Assembly: GCA_049323935.1 (NCBI GenBank)
Contig: JBMONN010000024.1
Location: 16,926 to 80,925 of the forward strand
DNA: 64,000 bases
Reading direction: 5' to 3'
From: Thermodesulfobacteriota bacterium
GTDB taxonomy: Bacteria; Desulfobacterota; Desulfobulbia; Desulfobulbales; SURF-16
This document shows, piece after piece, positions 63,666 to 64,000 of the stretch. The position numbers and the translations under genes are program-made. Each line of letters begins with the position of its first letter. Positions within the stretch are counted from its first letter, which is position 1. Below the pieces are notes generated by a model. The model did no database searches, was not told where the DNA came from, and saw only the letters and a program-made list of their open reading frames with translations.

Positions 63666-64000
63666 ACCCTCGACCCCATGGATAATCCCGGTGATAATGA
63701 CCGCGGCCCTGGCCATGGGCTTATGGCTCCCCGGCCATATCAGCGTGACGCTCACCCCGTCCCTCGGCTACCGCGTTTTCTTTCTGACCGAGCCGGAATC
63801 TCGGAATTTCAGACAAGGAGAATATCTCTTGTTTGGCAAGCATCTCGATCAAGCGCAAACAGACCGGCTGCTGAAAAAAGTTGGCTGCGCACCGGGCCAA
63901 AGGCTCAGTGCCGTTGAGGGGAAGTTTTCCTGTGACGGCCATTTTCTCGGCAGGGCTTTGGCCCGTGATGCAAAGGGCAACCCGTTGCCGCAATTCATCT
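63643..64000 (+). CDS. S26 signal-peptidase-like conjugal transfer protein (TraF/TrhF type), 3' end beyond the window
   Basis: Not in the supplied track because it has no stop in the window. Own translation: MPGKSNLKPSTPWIIPVIMTAALAMGLWLPGHISVTLTPSLGYRVFFLTEP...GEYLLFGK...LLKKVGCAPGQRLS. The frame is open to nt 64000. Confidence 0.6.
   Translation, partial: MPGKSNLKPSTPWIIPVIMTAALAMGLWLPGHISVTLTPSLGYRVFFLTEPESRNFRQGEYLLFGKHLDQAQTDRLLKKVGCAPGQRLSAVEGKFSCDGHFLGRALARDAKGNPLPQFI

Larger units (their letters stand above)
41160..64000. mobile_element. integrated F-type (MPF-F) conjugative element / integrated conjugative plasmid; left (distal) end at the tRNA-Leu fragment, continues beyond the window
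   Basis: att-like tRNA fragment at the boundary. Contents: IS21, cI/Cro-like pair, Xis-like HTH, TrfA + iterons, and the traL-E-K-B-V-C-N-W-U-trbC set. Chromosomal repeat families A/B were not seen in this segment. Confidence 0.75.

Overview
The window splits into two parts.

**Chromosomal part (1 to about 41.1 kb).** This is a densely packed housekeeping region typical of a Desulfobacterota/deltaproteobacterial-type genome. That taxon guess rests on gene content only and is low confidence.
- Genes called: histidine kinase (partial), radical SAM protein, serC, a CoA-disulfide-reductase-like flavoprotein, miaA, recJ, purB, a TolC-like protein, miaB, comEA, cimA, lysC, an M23 peptidase, trmL, two GGDEF proteins, a Tat-exported molybdopterin oxidoreductase with its FeS subunit and a TorD-like chaperone, a YbgC-like thioesterase, apgM, hom, tolQRAB with cpoB, ppsA, cheV, nfu, rlmH and yqgE.
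- The intergenic spaces carry two modular repeat families. Family A is a CACAGAG/CTCTGTG inverted-repeat element. Family B is an element of about 100 nt with a perfect 11-12 bp hairpin.
- I saw neither family beyond 41.1 kb.

**Mobile part (about 41.16 kb to the window end).**
- At 41099-41159 on the minus strand lies only the 3' half of a tRNA-Leu(UAA), which reads as a displaced att copy. Everything to its right is mobile DNA: an integrated F-type (MPF-F) conjugative element that continues past the window end.
- Maintenance and control genes: an IS21-family istAB unit with an extra coupled upstream ORF; a divergent cI/Cro-like HTH pair; an Xis-like HTH; a TrfA-like replication initiator followed by eight 14-nt iterons at about 22-bp spacing and an AT-rich segment; and an ECF-like sigma factor with a MerR-like protein.
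- Transfer genes, in order: dsbC, a traA-like gene, traL, traE, traK, traB, traV, traC, traN, traW, traU, trbC, a trbI-like gene and an S26 peptidase.
- The S26 peptidase ORF runs off the window end and is absent from the supplied ORF track.
- Two cargo modules interrupt the tra operon. A Fic/HTH pair of the 'mobile mystery protein A/B' type sits inverted between traB and traV. An AbiEi/AbiEii pair sits between traN and traW.

**Limits.** All functional calls rest on motif or family recognition by eye. No database search was run. No complete rRNA or tRNA gene and no CRISPR array were seen.
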